A stretch of 63,981 nucleotides of DNA, counting the filler, from Mitosporidium daphniae (Eukaryota): NCBI RefSeq assembly GCF_000760515.2. It is 10 parts of 10 records of this genome, joined end to end, with 100 filler letters (N's around TTAATTAATTAA, not from the genome) between each part and the next. Parts side by side here need not be neighbours in the genome. Positions count along the whole stretch, not along the records: positions 41,769 to 48,517 come from NW_013546638.1; positions 48,618 to 55,316 come from NW_013546637.1; positions 55,417 to 62,069 come from NW_013546636.1; 7 more parts are not named here. One strand, given 5' to 3'. Positions 46,391 through 59,128 of this stretch are shown piece by piece (positions within the stretch are counted from its first letter, which is position 1; each line of letters starts with the position of its first letter). A program made the translations under genes and the position numbers. Below the pieces are notes generated by a model. The model did no database searches, was not told the origin of the DNA, and was given only the letters and a program-made list of their open reading frames with translations.

Positions 46391-47353
46391 TCATGGTTGA
46401 AACGTTGGTGACCAAGATGAAATTTGTACAATTGATGAGGCGACACTGGGAATAGTAACAGAGCCCCCGGTATCTGGGGCAGCATTGACCCACCGAGAAA
46501 TGTCTTTTACATCAACTCCCGCATCCACATGGTACAAGAGAAGCGATTTTCGAACATTTTCAGTCAACCTGCACAAACCAACACTTGAGGCGATCTTTGT
46601 ACTCTGTACAACAACGGAATATCTAAATCATTATTTGATTCCCAAAACAAGCAAGGCTACGCTAGGCATGCAAACAGATGCCAGAATAAAAATGACCGAA
46701 GAAATACATTGACAGGGGCAACCACTTACTCCGAATGCACTGTACCGGGGGGTCTCGAATACAGGAGAAAATCAGACCCGTACTTTAATCCCGACCTGAT
46801 GATCCAATGCTTTGATTTGAAGTAAGCATAAGCACAAACACGAAAGAGGTCTAGTACAAAAAGGTAGATCAATACCTTCTGCCGATAAATGCTTAACAAT
46901 CTTGCAGATAAGGCTATACTGATCTATGGAGGCATACGAAAATGTGTCTGCAGTTGTGGGCCGAGCACTACAAAGCAGCAATGATGCCTTGTTAATATTC
47001 TTGCAGCACAAAAACCGTTCTCCAAAGGTCACGCTCAAATAGACCACCTCCTCGACAGATAGGTAGTAAGGCTCGAGCAATTTCTTCCCACATTTACTGA
47101 GGATAGGTCCGCCCTTGGAAGAAAAATTCGATCCGAAACATCCGGAATGCGAATATAGTCTGACGGCATCAAATGGATCCAGGACCACCGCGCAAAATTC
47201 GCCATAAAAGTTACCGGGGTCCGCAAACGAATCAGCGTTCAAGTCGCAAAAACTTGCCCCTGGTGTGAAAAAAACATCAGATGGTGAATTAACACCGGGG
47301 GAAACGTCTCCAGTACATGCTGAAGCAGGACAGCCACTAATATGATGATCCAT
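46391..47353 (-). CDS. SEN2: tRNA-splicing endonuclease catalytic subunit, Sen2-like, multi-exon
   Basis: LYSHSGCFG, LSVEEVVYL, YFKSKHWIIRSGLKYGSDFLLY..PPGTVHS, YSVVV, RLTENVRKSLLL. Confidence 0.8.
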
Positions 47354-47403
47354 GAGTTTGAAAATTTTATTAATATTTGGAATTTACCGTCTGGCACGAA
47401 CGA

Positions 47404-47823
47404 CTAAAATGTTATAAAATGTAAGCCCCTACTTGGCGGGCCTCGCATTGCCGGAATGGGACCCCCGCCCCTTCCACCGGTTCCACGGTGGACAGGGCGA
47501 CCCACGAGGTTAGGAAGCGAGCCGGCTCCGGCAGATATTCCAGCCCCCCTTGCAGCGGTCTTTGTTTGCAGGAAAGGCGCATAGCGTAGATTATCAGGAA
47601 CAATGAAATATCTGACGGAAGACCCGCGGATAAAAACACCGTCGGCAGAGGTCATTTTCCCATCTCTGGCTGTAACAGTTACTTCGCGCAGTTGTATATT
47701 CATGTTATCTTCAATATCCATGAGCTTTCCGCGATATATGTATCCGGTTTTTAACTCCACGGTGACCGTCAGCCCCTGGCTTTCATGGAGAAGCTTTAAT
47801 GGGACTCCGATGTTATAAACCAT
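47404..47823 (-). CDS. SMD3: Small nuclear ribonucleoprotein Sm D3
   Basis: IGVPLKLLHESQG, YRGKLMDIEDNMNIQL, VFIRGSSVRYFIVPDNLRYAP, RG-rich tail. Confidence 0.96.
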   Translation of the reverse strand: MVYNIGVPLKLLHESQGLTVTVELKTGYIYRGKLMDIEDNMNIQLREVTVTARDGKMTSADGVFIRGSSVRYFIVPDNLRYAPFLQTKTAARGAGISAGAGSLPNLVGRPVHRGTGGRGGGPIPAMRGPPSRGLHFITF

Positions 47824-48075
47824 TAATTTGAAAATTTGGCAAATTTTTTAATTTAAAATTATTTGCCGCTCGTTNCCGTGGTTTGTGTGTAGCTTTGGTT
47901 GTCGTGTGTCACAACATATATTCCAGAAATAATAACTTGCCGGAAATACGCATTCTTTCAAAGATATTTTTGGAAAGTAATAAGTAACTTCAAGCAGCTT
48001 AAGTTTAATTATTTATGAGCAGGCTTTTCAATAACAAAAGAACAATCGAAATTTAAAAAATTTTCCATCAATTGC

Positions 48076-48517
48076 ATGGATACTATGCCAACAGAGGATT
48101 TGCCATTGCCCACGCCTCCCTCTGTTGTCATTGAGACGATTCCTCCAGCACCATTTTCACATACAACAACGTCTTTGATTCATAGGCGATATATAAGATA
48201 CTCCACTGTCGAATATCACACTAATCCCTCCTCGAATACCTCTTTTGAGACCGACATTGATTCATTAACGCTTATGGAGCAAATTTTATTGCTAGGATTA
48301 CACGACAAAGAGGTTTTTGGTGTGTTCAAAATTTATTTTAGGGTCATTTGTCTCTTTTCAATGACTCCATTTCATATGTTTTACGAGGTTGCATTCTAAT
48401 CGAACTTGCTCTCCGGGGGAGGATCCAATCGGTCGTATCGCATCGTACCAGACACTATCCAAGTGAACGACACATCGAAGTCATAAGCTCTTCAGGGCTT
48501 ATTCCAGTAACTGGAGA
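48076..48517 (+). CDS. VPS74: Vps74/GOLPH3, 3'-truncated
   Basis: [44 protein letters not shown] across intron 48313-48341. Confidence 0.92.
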
Positions 48518-48617
48518 NNNNNNNNNNNNNNNNNNNNNNNNNNNNNNNNNNNNNNNNNNNNTTAATTAATTAANNNNNNNNNNNNNNNNNNNNNNNNNNN
48601 NNNNNNNNNNNNNNNNN

Positions 48618-51279
48618 ATGTGGTTCTGGATGGCGATCGTGCTCGCGATGGCTAAAATCCCGAAATCCGCCTCTACGGTGTCGCTGATAATAGTGGTCGG
48701 GTGGTGGCGGTCTTTCTCTTTGATCCCAATCATCCGGAGCAGTCATGCGATACGGACGGTACTGGCGGAAATCCTCAGAGCGATCATCTTTAAAACGATG
48801 ATGATGATGATGCTCATGATGATGATGATGATGATTGTTGTTCTGATGGTAGGAGGAAAGGGGAGTTGGGCGGCGGTTCAGGTTATACTCAAAGGGAGAA
48901 TAGCTCACCGCCGAAGATGATCGATGGCCAGAGTATGTTCGTGGTGAGGTGGATGTTTCGATTCCATCCATAGGGCGATGTGTTACGTTTGGTAGATCCT
49001 CTGTTTTCTCTCGATTGAGAATGGCAGAATTATGCTTTGTAGATACAGAATCACACGGCTGCGGTGACGACATTTTCTCGTCTGGTTTGACAGGTGGTCC
49101 AGAAGAGTATTGACGTGTAAAGGTAGCGGAGATAGAGACAGAGGAGGATGCAGGTGCAGCTGCAGCTGCAGCTGCTGACTCGACTGCCCCAGCAGCAGCG
49201 ACAGCTGCATTCGTAGCATCGCGACGACGCTTTGCCAGCTCATGATAGGAGCATCCAGAAAAATGAGGCAATTCAGCGGTAGTCGCCGTCAGAGGCAGGG
49301 CTGTAGTAAATGCCGGATGCTCCAAGGCTTCCTTTGCCGATATTCTTGCATCCGGATCGATACTGAGCAGACGATGTACAAGATCAAGCATCTGGGCATC
49401 GCCAATCCGACTCTCATCAAGTGGATGCAACGGCTTTGCTTGATGCTCAGAAAACAAATTAGGAACTTTGGAGGAGTCAGGAAGATTGGCTAAACTGCGC
49501 ATTCCAGGCCGAGGCCAGCCAATGGTGTCAAAAATCAAAGTCAACTGATGCAGTTCAGACGTGCCCTGAAAGAGAGGCTGCCGTAAAAAAAGCTCTGCAA
49601 CGATGCAACCAACACCCCACATATCAACTGCCGTTGTGTAATGTTGAGCGCCAAGCAACAGCTCTGGCGGCCGATACCATCTTGTGACAACGCCTGGCGT
49701 CATCGATGCAGCACGATGGGGGTCGAACGTCCTGGAAAGGCCAAAGTCGGCAATCTTTACCTCCCCTCGATTCCCGACAAGGATATTTGCGCCTAGGGTT
49801 AGGGAATCAAATTAAAAGAAAACACGCATTGCAGAACACAGGTCGGAGACGAAACAAAAAGAGGTCAAAATACGATATCCAGACTTACTTTTGATGTCGC
49901 GATGCAGCAAGTTTTTTGAATGTACATAGGCAACACCTTGAAGCAGTTGTTTCGCATAGTACTTGATTTGGGGCACATTGAACCGTATGTTTGGTGCATC
50001 TAGAAGGCCAACCAGGTCATGCTCCACAAACGGGAAAACAATGAAAAAAGTCGGCGGGCCTTGTGAACTTGCCGTAGAGAGCGCAAGTTCCTGAATGGAA
50101 ATGACATTTTGATGGTTCATACGCTTAAGGATCCTTATTTCCCTCAAAGATGTAATTGGAAACTAAACATAAGCTCGTTGCTAGATACCCCTTCGCCATT
50201 AGGCATTGGAAGGATGCGCTTCAGTGCCACTAGGCGCCCAGTGGCTCGATGACGTGCGCGGTGCACCTCGCCAAATGTTCCTTCACCAACCTACCGGAAA
50301 TAAAAACGAAATCAAAAGACTATGGTGCGGAGGCAAAAGAAAGATGGATTACCTTGTCCAAAAAGACATAATCATCTACCGGTGAAATGCCTTCAAACTT
50401 GTGGTTGACACCGTAATAACTTTGTAGCACCATGGGCCCAAATGTTCCATATGGAATGGCTTCCTTAGCAGGAACCCCGGCCTTTGCAGATGGCTGCCTT
50501 AAAGGCTGTGCTGCTTCTGTTCGTTTTGTCGCCTTAGATAATGGAGCAGACATCATTGGCGAAGAGGTCGTGGTTTCAAATGGGTCAAAGTACGAAGTAG
50601 CCACTTGCATTGAGGAAGTAGATGCGGAATGAACAGGTGTCTTTGCCTTTGGCTGCTTCGCATCTTGAAAAGTTTCTTTCTTGCTAAAAATGGGCTCTTG
50701 GCCTTTTATATCCCCTGCTCCAGTAAAGCTTCGCTTTGTTAAAGACTCTCCCTTTGATGCAGAAATTGGAGCAGGCCCATTCTTTGGGCAACACAATGAA
50801 AAGGGCTGTTCTTCAACTGCAGGTAGCATTTTCTTCATCTCATTTTTAATAGGTGGGATTGTTGTTATGGAGGATTCTCTGTTTATATCATATGATGTCC
50901 TTTTGGACTCAAGATTCTCAGCATCAACCCCAACAATGTCTATCGGTGAGGAGGGCCTCTTTTTTTTTATCTGCGGATAATCTGGCGAAAATGCCATTTT
51001 GAGATCCTTTTTAGAGAACAAATTTTCCGCCGGTTCAATGGAATGCACCAGCTTGCTAAAGACGGTGGAAATGCTAGAGTCCTTTGGTTCGTGTATCTTT
51101 CTCGTTTTGCGCAAAAGCAAATCCCTGAGTTCCTGCAAAAGATGCTTAGAAACAGATAACGAGACAAAATCGGAAAACTTTCTTGTGCGCCGCTCATCTC
51201 TGATAGATGATGGAGCCGAATTCTTTTCCTCCCCGTCGGTTGAGGAAAAAGAGGGGCACGACGACGAGAGTGCCGCCAT
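48618..51279 (-). CDS. BUR1: Transcriptional CDK, Bur1/CDK9-like, with long N-extension and His/Arg-rich C-tail; 3'-truncated
   Basis: VGEGTFGEV, VALKRI, GFPITSLREIRILK, HRDIK, IADFGLSR, TPGVVTRWYRPPELLLG. Confidence 0.85.
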
Positions 51280-51341
51280 TCCAACTAAAAATTAATTCAA
51301 TTTGTAAATTGCAATTTTATTTTCAATGATTGCAGATCAAC

Positions 51342-51599
51342 CTAAACGGCAAAAGGTCCCCCCCTCCTTCCATTGTCATCTCCACGCTCACCAGGCCCAA
51401 AGCGCGAAAGTCGCTGGCAGAATCGTCTGGGACAGCTAAAACAAGACCTTGGTATATATCTGCACACATAGCCAAAGGGGCAGTTGCACGGTGGTATGAA
51501 GAGTGGACATTGAACACATCGTGTTGGCCCAAATTGGTCAGTCCCGCAATATGAAAAGGCAAGTGCTAAAAGAGCAATAAAATAAAGGAGAGCTTTCAT
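51342..51599 (-). CDS. Small secreted cysteine-rich protein (Opy2-N-like Cys pattern) with RGD
   Basis: Signal peptide MKALLYFIALLALAFS; CVQC-x6-CNC-x5-C-x6-CFSC-x4-C; tail ERGDD. Confidence 0.75.
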   Translation of the reverse strand: MKALLYFIALLALAFSYCGTDQFGPTRCVQCPLFIPPCNCPFGYVCRYIPRSCFSCPRRFCQRLSRFGPGERGDDNGRRGGPFAV

Positions 51600-51802
51600 T
51601 TTATATGTGCCCAGAATGTATGTTTCCCGTTATATAGAAATCGATCAAATATATTAGGGTTTTCCATTTGTAATTTTTGCTGATCATCAATAGACCGGAT
51701 AATTGCGAAAGAATCACCAAATCTTGTTTTGAAGCATCCACATGTGATATCAGTGGCTTTATTAAGGGCGTTTACACCAAACGAGACAATGCGGACTTTT
51801 AG

Positions 51803-52632
51803 ATGCTGCTGATGTTCCTTGTGTACATTGTTGCATTTCTTTTACCCAAAAAAGCATACAACCTTTCTGCAAGAATCCCATTTGACGATGAAGCTCCGAT
51901 ATTGCAGTTTGGCCCTAGTCAACCTTGGAAATGGAATGAAAGATCTCTTATTTTGCAGGGAGATACTATGCCTCCTACGCCACGACAGATTCCGATTCAA
52001 AGAAATGATATTCCAGATTCGATTCCTGCAAAAGGCACGCTATGGACGGGTGAAAATGGCGTGTGGATAATAAGGGGCTCTGAGCAGAACACTCCGGATC
52101 AAAGTAAAGGAACAAGTCTCTCTTTAAGACAACCACAGAGTGAGCAAAAAAGAAATTCCGATCCGCTCTACTTGAGCCAAATTACGCTAACGTTTCAGCT
52201 TCTGGCGCGTGTTAACGGGGAAAGAACATCTAGAGGATTGAAGCCGCTCTGTGCAAATAAGTACACATTCGCATTGATGACATAACTAGGAAACTCGTGT
52301 CATCATCCACGCAGCATTCCGTGTTGATGGCCAAAATGGGTGAAATGAGCCACCAGCTTCCGGGAGGACCTTCGTTAGGAGAAAGGGTCACCGAGGCAGG
52401 ATTTGAATGGAGATCAATTGCAGAAAATATTGCAGCAAAAGTATCCGATGTAGATGATGTGATGCAGGCATGGATGAACTCGCCAGGTATATCAAGTCTA
52501 CATTTGATTTTAGGGCATCGACAAAACATCCTTGGGTCTTTTGAATATTTCGGTGCAGCACAGGTAAGCCAGTTTTGGACACAGGACTTTGCAACAAGCT
52601 CAAATCAAGGCACCACAAACGAGTGCATGTAA
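51803..52632 (+). CDS. Secreted CAP/SCP (PR-1 superfamily, YkwD-like) protein
   Basis: Signal peptide; VNGERTSRGLKPL, QHSVLMA..MSH, AENIA, WMNSPG|HRQNIL, FWTQDFA; introns 52261-52289 and 52487-52513. Confidence 0.9.
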
Positions 52633-52823
52633 ACTTTAACGTGTGATCGTGCAAGAAACGAGCCGATAACATAACATATGCGGTAAATAGGCGAATCTAT
52701 TGCGGCTATTAAAGAATTAAAGTTAATTATTTGAAGTAAAATTTAATCGATTTTTACAATTCGAAACAAAGTTTCGGAATTGTCACTGCAAATATATTCG
52801 TGATCCGGCCATTCATTGGGAAG

Positions 52824-53983
52824 ATGCCAGCGTTATCAGCAGAACAAGTTGAACGTTTGAGGGTAGTCGATTTACGAGAAGAACTCTCCAGCAGGGGCCT
52901 CCAAACTTCTGGTTTAAAAAAAGATCTTGTAGCAAGGCTTTTGGAAGCCTTGCAGGGCGAAGGATCTAGTCAAGATGGTGCATTGAGCCCAACCAGCAAA
53001 GGGGAAGATCTATCAGCACAAAGTTCTCCACAACAACAACCCTCTGGACAAATATCAGAGCAACCGGAAAGCCTTATTATTCGCAAACCCAAAAAAAAGG
53101 CACACGCAAGTGGTGATGGTGAGCATGATTTTTTGCAAGAAAAGCTGAAAATGGACCATACTCCTTCATCAGAAAAAATACTTGCGCCAGTTATAGATAC
53201 CATTGCACAGGATTCAAACATGGATATGGTAGATGTTGCACCCAGTGCAAACATACATACGGTGTTTGAAGAAAGCACGCAAGAGCCTTTATCCACTGGC
53301 CCAACAGAGCCAGTTTCCATCGATACCCAGCCAATGCGCGTAGAGTGCGATCAGATGGCTCAGGCAGAAGATCTGGTCAAAGAATCTCAGCTCGAAGCTC
53401 CAACTCAAAGCTCCGACAAGGAAAATCAACAAATGGTGCACCACATTAAATCTGATGTGGCCGAGTCGAGAAACCCTCTTGCAATATTGTTTGAGGTCAA
53501 CACAAAACTGGGTTCAGGTTTGAGAATATATCGCCCTAATGGTAGATTACCAATATATTTCAGAAAAGTCTCTTTCCATCACCAGGCTTCTTCCGCCATT
53601 TAGCGCGGCAGGGCTACAGCATCTGTTGGAAAGGTATGGAGAAGTTATGGACTTCTACCTCAATTTTGCAAAGTCTCAATGCTTTGTCAAGGTTTTTTCT
53701 GCCGTAATATTTTTAGTATTCCACTGAACAATCAGCAACGTATGCACTATCGATGCTGCAAAACCAAAGATGGCCCGAAAAACATGGCGAACTCCTATTT
53801 GTGACCTCGGTGCCCTTGGAGCAGATCCTTCAAACCATCGAACAGGAGTCAAAAATCACGGGTGCCTCCATGCAAAAGGGCTTCAATCGTGGCCAAAAGC
53901 GCACATTTGAGGAGATAGACCACGCGGAGGGCTATGCTGAGCGCGGTGAAAGAAAATATCACCCTCAGACTATGCTGTTGTAA
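52824..53983 (+). CDS. SAP-domain + RRM protein, Acinus-like, multi-exon
   Basis: SAP LRVVDLREELSSRGLQTSGLKKDLVARL; RRM LSITRLLPPFS..LQHLLERYG..KSQCFV; LQNQRWPEKHGELLFV. Confidence 0.8.
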
Positions 53984-54017
53984 ATTTTTTAAAATTAAAT
54001 TCATTTTTGAAAAATTA

Positions 54018-55316
54018 ATGCCTTCCAAAAGGCAGCAAGGATCCGAAGATGAGGGGTCTTCCTTCGAAGACATATTCGATGACATTGAGGATGAAGACAC
54101 CATATTTGATCCTTCTTTGCTTGATGGTTGCGATACCGAAGAGGACAGCGACCAACAAGACGTTAATATGATGCATTCGAAGAAAGCGATTCCTTTATCT
54201 TCGATCGGAAAATTTTCCGATCTGAAGATTGAGGAGCAAGAACAGGACGAGCAGGAAGACACTACTCCTAGGCGGACATATTTGCCATCAATGCATGTTG
54301 ACAAGGACAACCAATTGGATGTAAATCCATCCGTATACAATTTGTTCCGGGAACTTACTATCGAATGGCCCTGTCTTTCTTTCGACTTTTTGTCAACGGA
54401 TGTAAATGAAAATGGCAATCTCTCTGTTTCAATAGTCGCTGGCAGTCAAGCCGCTTCGTCTTCAAAGAACAGACTGTATTACATCAAGGCTTCTAATCTC
54501 AAAGTGCTAAAGAAAAAGCATTCCATTGACTCTGGATATCTCTCTTCGTCATCAGATAACTCGTCCAGCGATGAGGACGAACACCAAGTAAATGTGAAAT
54601 GCAAAGCGTCATCACCGGCTCTTTCCTCTATCTCTGTTCCGCACCAAGGCTGTGTGAATCGGGTTCGAGTCTCACGAGCAACAGGCATACCAGCATATGT
54701 CGCCTCTTGGTCGGATTTGGGGAAAATTTATATATGGAACTCTGAGGATCATCTTAGGCAGCTTGATGATCCTGTTAATTCTTTGAAATATTCATTTATT
54801 GGAGAAGATCTCAAGAAAAGGCATAAAGCGGTCAAAAACAACAGTACAGCCTCATTGGCCGTTATGACCGACCATGGCACTGATGAGGGATATGCCCTTG
54901 CGTGGTCAATAAAAGGGACACCCGGTCGAATCCTTTCCGGAGACTGCAGTGGCAAAATCGTCATGTCGCAATTGGGGGAAGCAACTTTTACGCCACTTGG
55001 AAAGCTCCTGAACCCCTCCTGTTCTGTCGAAGATTTATCTTGGAGTACGATTGAGGCTGAAATTTTTGCCTCCGCCGATACTTCTGGGATGGTGAAGATT
55101 TGGGATACCAGACAGGCATTGAGCCCTGTTGCCACAATACATGCCAGCGCATGTGATGTTAATGTTATAAGCTGGAATCCGTCATCAACCTTCCTTCTTG
55201 CCAGTGGCGCCGATGATGGTGAGTGGGCAACTTGGGATCTTCGGAAAGTATTTACTGCATCGCCAAGCAAATCGGACCCGCTCGTTTCGTTCAGGTGGCA
55301 TCAGGCGCCAATCTCA
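54018..55316 (+). CDS. RRB1: Ribosome assembly WD40 protein Rrb1/GRWD1, 3'-truncated
   Basis: LDVNPSVY..EWPCLSFD, VAGSQA, HQGCVNRVR, EGYALAWS, SVEDLSWS, DVNVISWN, LLASGADDG. Confidence 0.92.
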
Positions 55317-55416
55317 NNNNNNNNNNNNNNNNNNNNNNNNNNNNNNNNNNNNNNNNNNNNTTAATTAATTAANNNNNNNNNNNNNNNNNNNNNNNNNNNN
55401 NNNNNNNNNNNNNNNN

Positions 55417-55991
55417 GAAGAAGAAGAAGAAGAAGAAGATGATGATGATGATGATGATGATATTAAATGATAAGAGGTGACAAATGTGGGCTTTGAGGGA
55501 AACCCATTACTACTACCGGAGATTAGGGAATCGCTATTCTTCGTTTTTGATGTGTGACAATTGGTGCTAGTATCGACGATACTGGTACGGCGAGCATATT
55601 TTTTCTCAAGTTCGCGATAAATTAAAAAGTCACCAAAAATGCGGGAAGGAGACCAAAGCCGACCATCGGTCCAGCGCTTGATGCCCGACTCTGTTTCATT
55701 GAAGACAAAAACACTTCCGCTTCGAATTTGCTTGCGCTCGTGATCATGAAGCCGTCTTCGCACACGGCCAAGACGGCCTTCTCTGCACAATTGGAAAATC
55801 CGGAGTGCATCTGCGCTGCTCTCAACCATCCCATAAAATGTTTCGATCTTTGAAAGAGAAATAAAATCACTCTTAAGCGCAGCATAGTTATGATTGCCAT
55901 GGCCATGAGATTGCTGGTTCTGCAAATATGATTGTGCTCTTCCCATCGAACTGGCTGCTGAGTGAGGGGGAGAATCAATTCCAGGAATCAT
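55417..55991 (-). CDS. Gti1/Pac2 (WOPR) transcription factor, 3'-truncated
   Basis: ETFYGMVESSADALRIF...RRLHDHERKQIRSGSVFVF.E.ESGIKRWTDGRLWSPSRIFGDFLIYREL; poly-Ser microsatellite at the contig edge. Confidence 0.93.
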
Positions 55992-56330
55992 TAAAGTACC
56001 ATCCAATGGTACCGATATTTTCAAAGCTATCCAGCAATGATGAATGGTGATGATGAGGATCAGCAGTTGGACCAGCCAGTATTCATTAATGCAATTAAGG
56101 TTTCCTTGGTATTGAGCCAATTATCATTGAGAGACAAACTCAATTTTGCAAAGATAAACAGTTTCCAAAAGTGCAGCCATTAAGCCCGGATGTACTTGAA
56201 AATATTTTCCAAATTTTAATCAACCTCTGATCAGGGAAAAATCGGAACAATGTGTGCAAATGCAAATAAATGAGGTGTGTTTATCGCATTGAAAATACGA
56301 AATATTTAAAACCGCCCCTCCGCACCTTGA

Positions 56331-57698
56331 ATGCTCGCTATGTTGGCATCCATTTTTTCGCCAAAAAACACTCCAAGCTTTGAAAGCTTTGATCCAAAAA
56401 GCCTGATTCTTTCTACCGATAAACTCAAACTAATTTGCTCCGAATTGGTGTCCAAGTTTGAGAAGGAGCTTGAATTTTCCCCAAATTCGATGTTGCCCAC
56501 ATTTATCGACAGATTTCCACTAGGAAACGAAGAGGGTACATTTATGGCCATAGACATCGGAGGAACGAACATCAGACTTGATTTGATTGCACTTAAAAAG
56601 CACAAGGCACCGGCATTTATTGCTAATTGCACAAAACCCATTCCAGGCAGCTACAAGAAAGGAAGTGGTACGAAGTTATTTGAATTCATAGCGTTGGAAA
56701 TAATTGGCTTTTTGGAGGGCAAGAAAATTGAGGTATGTATGTCCTTCATTAACTGTTGATCGTAGAAATCGCCAGTTCCCCTTGGATTTACATTTTCATT
56801 TCCTCTCAAGCAAACATCAATAAATTCGGGGCATATATTTCAATGGAACAAAGATTTTCATTGTGAAGATGCCTTGATGAAGGATCCCGTCTTGCTTTTG
56901 CAATGTGCTTTGGAAAAGCAAGGCTACCCAGATCTTGTCAAAGTTTCGGCTATCGTAAACGATACGATAGCAACGCTACTTTCTGGAATCTACATAAATT
57001 CTAATGCCAAAATCGGACTAATTCTTGGCACCGGAACCAATGCTTCCTATGTGGAAAAGACACAAAAAATTGCGTCAAAGATTGAAGGTTCCTTCAAATC
57101 CGAGTATACCCTTGTGAATACCGAATTTGGATCCACCGACATTAATTCAATGGATTTTATTTCATTTTTGTCTACAAAGTACGATCAGCTTGTCGATAAA
57201 AACTCCGCAAACCCTGGAAACCAAATACTTGAAAAAATGATTTCGGGCCGCTATCTTGGCGAAATTTTCAGCTATATTCTTGTGGAGAATGGATATTTGA
57301 AGGAAGGCGACCCTTTCTACACTGCAATTGATATGAATGCCATTGAAAGGTTTTTAATGGTCTTATAAACTCATATTCATAGCAAATATGACACCAAAGC
57401 AAAAGGAAGCCACAAAGACAGCATGTTCATGTGGGAGGTTTGTTCGGCCATCTCAAGCCGCTCTGCTCAATTGGCTGCATGTGTCATATGTGCATTGATA
57501 ATTCTCTCCAACAACCAGTGTGAGGATATGACGGTGGTGGCGATTGATGGCTCAATCTTTGAGAATTACCACAAATACGCAGAAAGGCTCGAGCAGGCCA
57601 TTTCCTCTATCATCGGTTCGTCAAAAGTCAAACTAATATTTTGCAAAGACGGTTCAGGTATTGGAGCCGCCATTGCAGCTTCACTTTATGCCTCGTAA
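56331..57698 (+). CDS. HXK: Hexokinase, multi-exon
   Basis: MLPTFI, AIDIGGTNIR, LGFTFSFP..QWNKDF, IVNDT, ILGTGTNASY, LEKMISGRYLGE, IDGS, DGSGIGAA; introns 56733-56765 and about 57350-57382. Confidence 0.96.
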
Positions 57699-57738
57699 AA
57701 TTACAAAAAGAACACATGGTTGTCATTTTAATAACAAA

Positions 57739-58157
57739 TTAAATAAGATCATTTATTTGGCTGCACAGCTTCATATATTCACAAACGGAATTAAACCGCG
57801 CCGAAATTTGCAAAGAATCGCCGATGATGGGGTCCCATTCCCAAAAGTAAATTTCAGAGACCATATCATCTATGGGATATATTTTGGAATTCCGACTTTC
57901 ACAGATCGTTGCTATAGTTGGTAAGACATATGGGCACCAATACCTCCACACCCATCAGGTAGGGACAACTTAATTCCGGCCCAAGGTCGACCCCTGAACG
58001 CCACTTTCAGAGGCCACGATGTATATTCATTGGACGCATTCTTTTCAATGTGAAAGTAATTGGCATCCGAAAAATCAATATACGGCAAAATTGATTGAGG
58101 AATGCAAGGGATCGAATGGATACAACTAGAAGATGTTGGGGTCGAAACTTGCTCCAT
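57739..58157 (-). CDS. RNASEH2C: Ribonuclease H2 subunit C
   Basis: IHSIPC...NYF, AFRGRPWAGIKLSLPDG, then after an intron EIYFWEWD; pattern matches RNase_H2_suC. Confidence 0.65.
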
Positions 58158-58212
58158 ACAACAATTACTTGGACCACTCAAACGCGATAAATTGGACACA
58201 GTTTAATTATTT

Positions 58213-59076
58213 TTATTTTTCAACAATAGAGAACAACTCCCTGGCCATACTTAGTTGCCCTTGCTCTTGGGTAATTTTCCCCTCCATCGAGGCTATGTCT
58301 GACTCTGCACTTTCTTTATTAAGAAGATATAGGTATCTATATTGAAATTTGACGCGAAATACCTTTCTAGCGGATCCGCATCATGGTGTAGAGATTGGTT
58401 TTTTTTCTCCAACAACGAAGCGAGCGTCAATTCGTTTTCTTTGATAGAGGATTCTAATTCAACAATTAATTTCTGTAAGGACTCTTTGGTATGAACAGTG
58501 GCATCTTTCCTTGGTGTTTTCAATGTCCGGTCAAATTCTGTATCATCATCGGCATCATCATCATTTATATCGTCCTCTGGTTGATAGTAGTTATTTTCGG
58601 ATGATTCGCCCGAATCGAGATCTGAACATGCACTTGAACATTCGGCCTCTTCTTCATGCGAGGTGAATTTTGAACAAATATATAATCGCGAAGATTTTCC
58701 AAACTGGATCATATCGCCGATGTGTAATTTAATGGGCTCGTCCTTTTTCAGCGGCTGCTTGTTTAGGAACGTTCCATTGACACTATTTAGGTCGACCACC
58801 ATTATGCTACCATCGCTACTTCGCATTTGGAAGACAGCATGAAACCTCGATGCGCTCTAAACGGAAAGCATTTGAACACGTTACCGGATGTTCCAACCGC
58901 AAATCGCATAAAGGAGATCTACCGGCCAAAAAATATGATTTTTGATGGGCATCGAAATTTAAAATTAAAGGCTCCATTTGAACGCCCTCTCTTATCACTT
59001 CAAATATTGCCGTGGGCTGATGGCGGTCCCCTATAACGAATCCTCCCCATTGGGGTTCAATCCATGGTGCCTCCAT
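58213..59076 (-). CDS. FHA-domain protein, kanadaptin (SLC4A1AP)-like, multi-exon
   Basis: WIEPQWGG, FEVIREG, LAGRSPLCDLRLEHP|SASRFHA, DLNSVNGTFLN, IGDMIQFGKSSRLY, DDTEFDRT, DPLE. Confidence 0.8.
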
Positions 59077-59128
59077 AAAATAAATTTGTAAATTAAAATT
59101 CGATTTATTTTTATGCTCCGTTCTGAAA

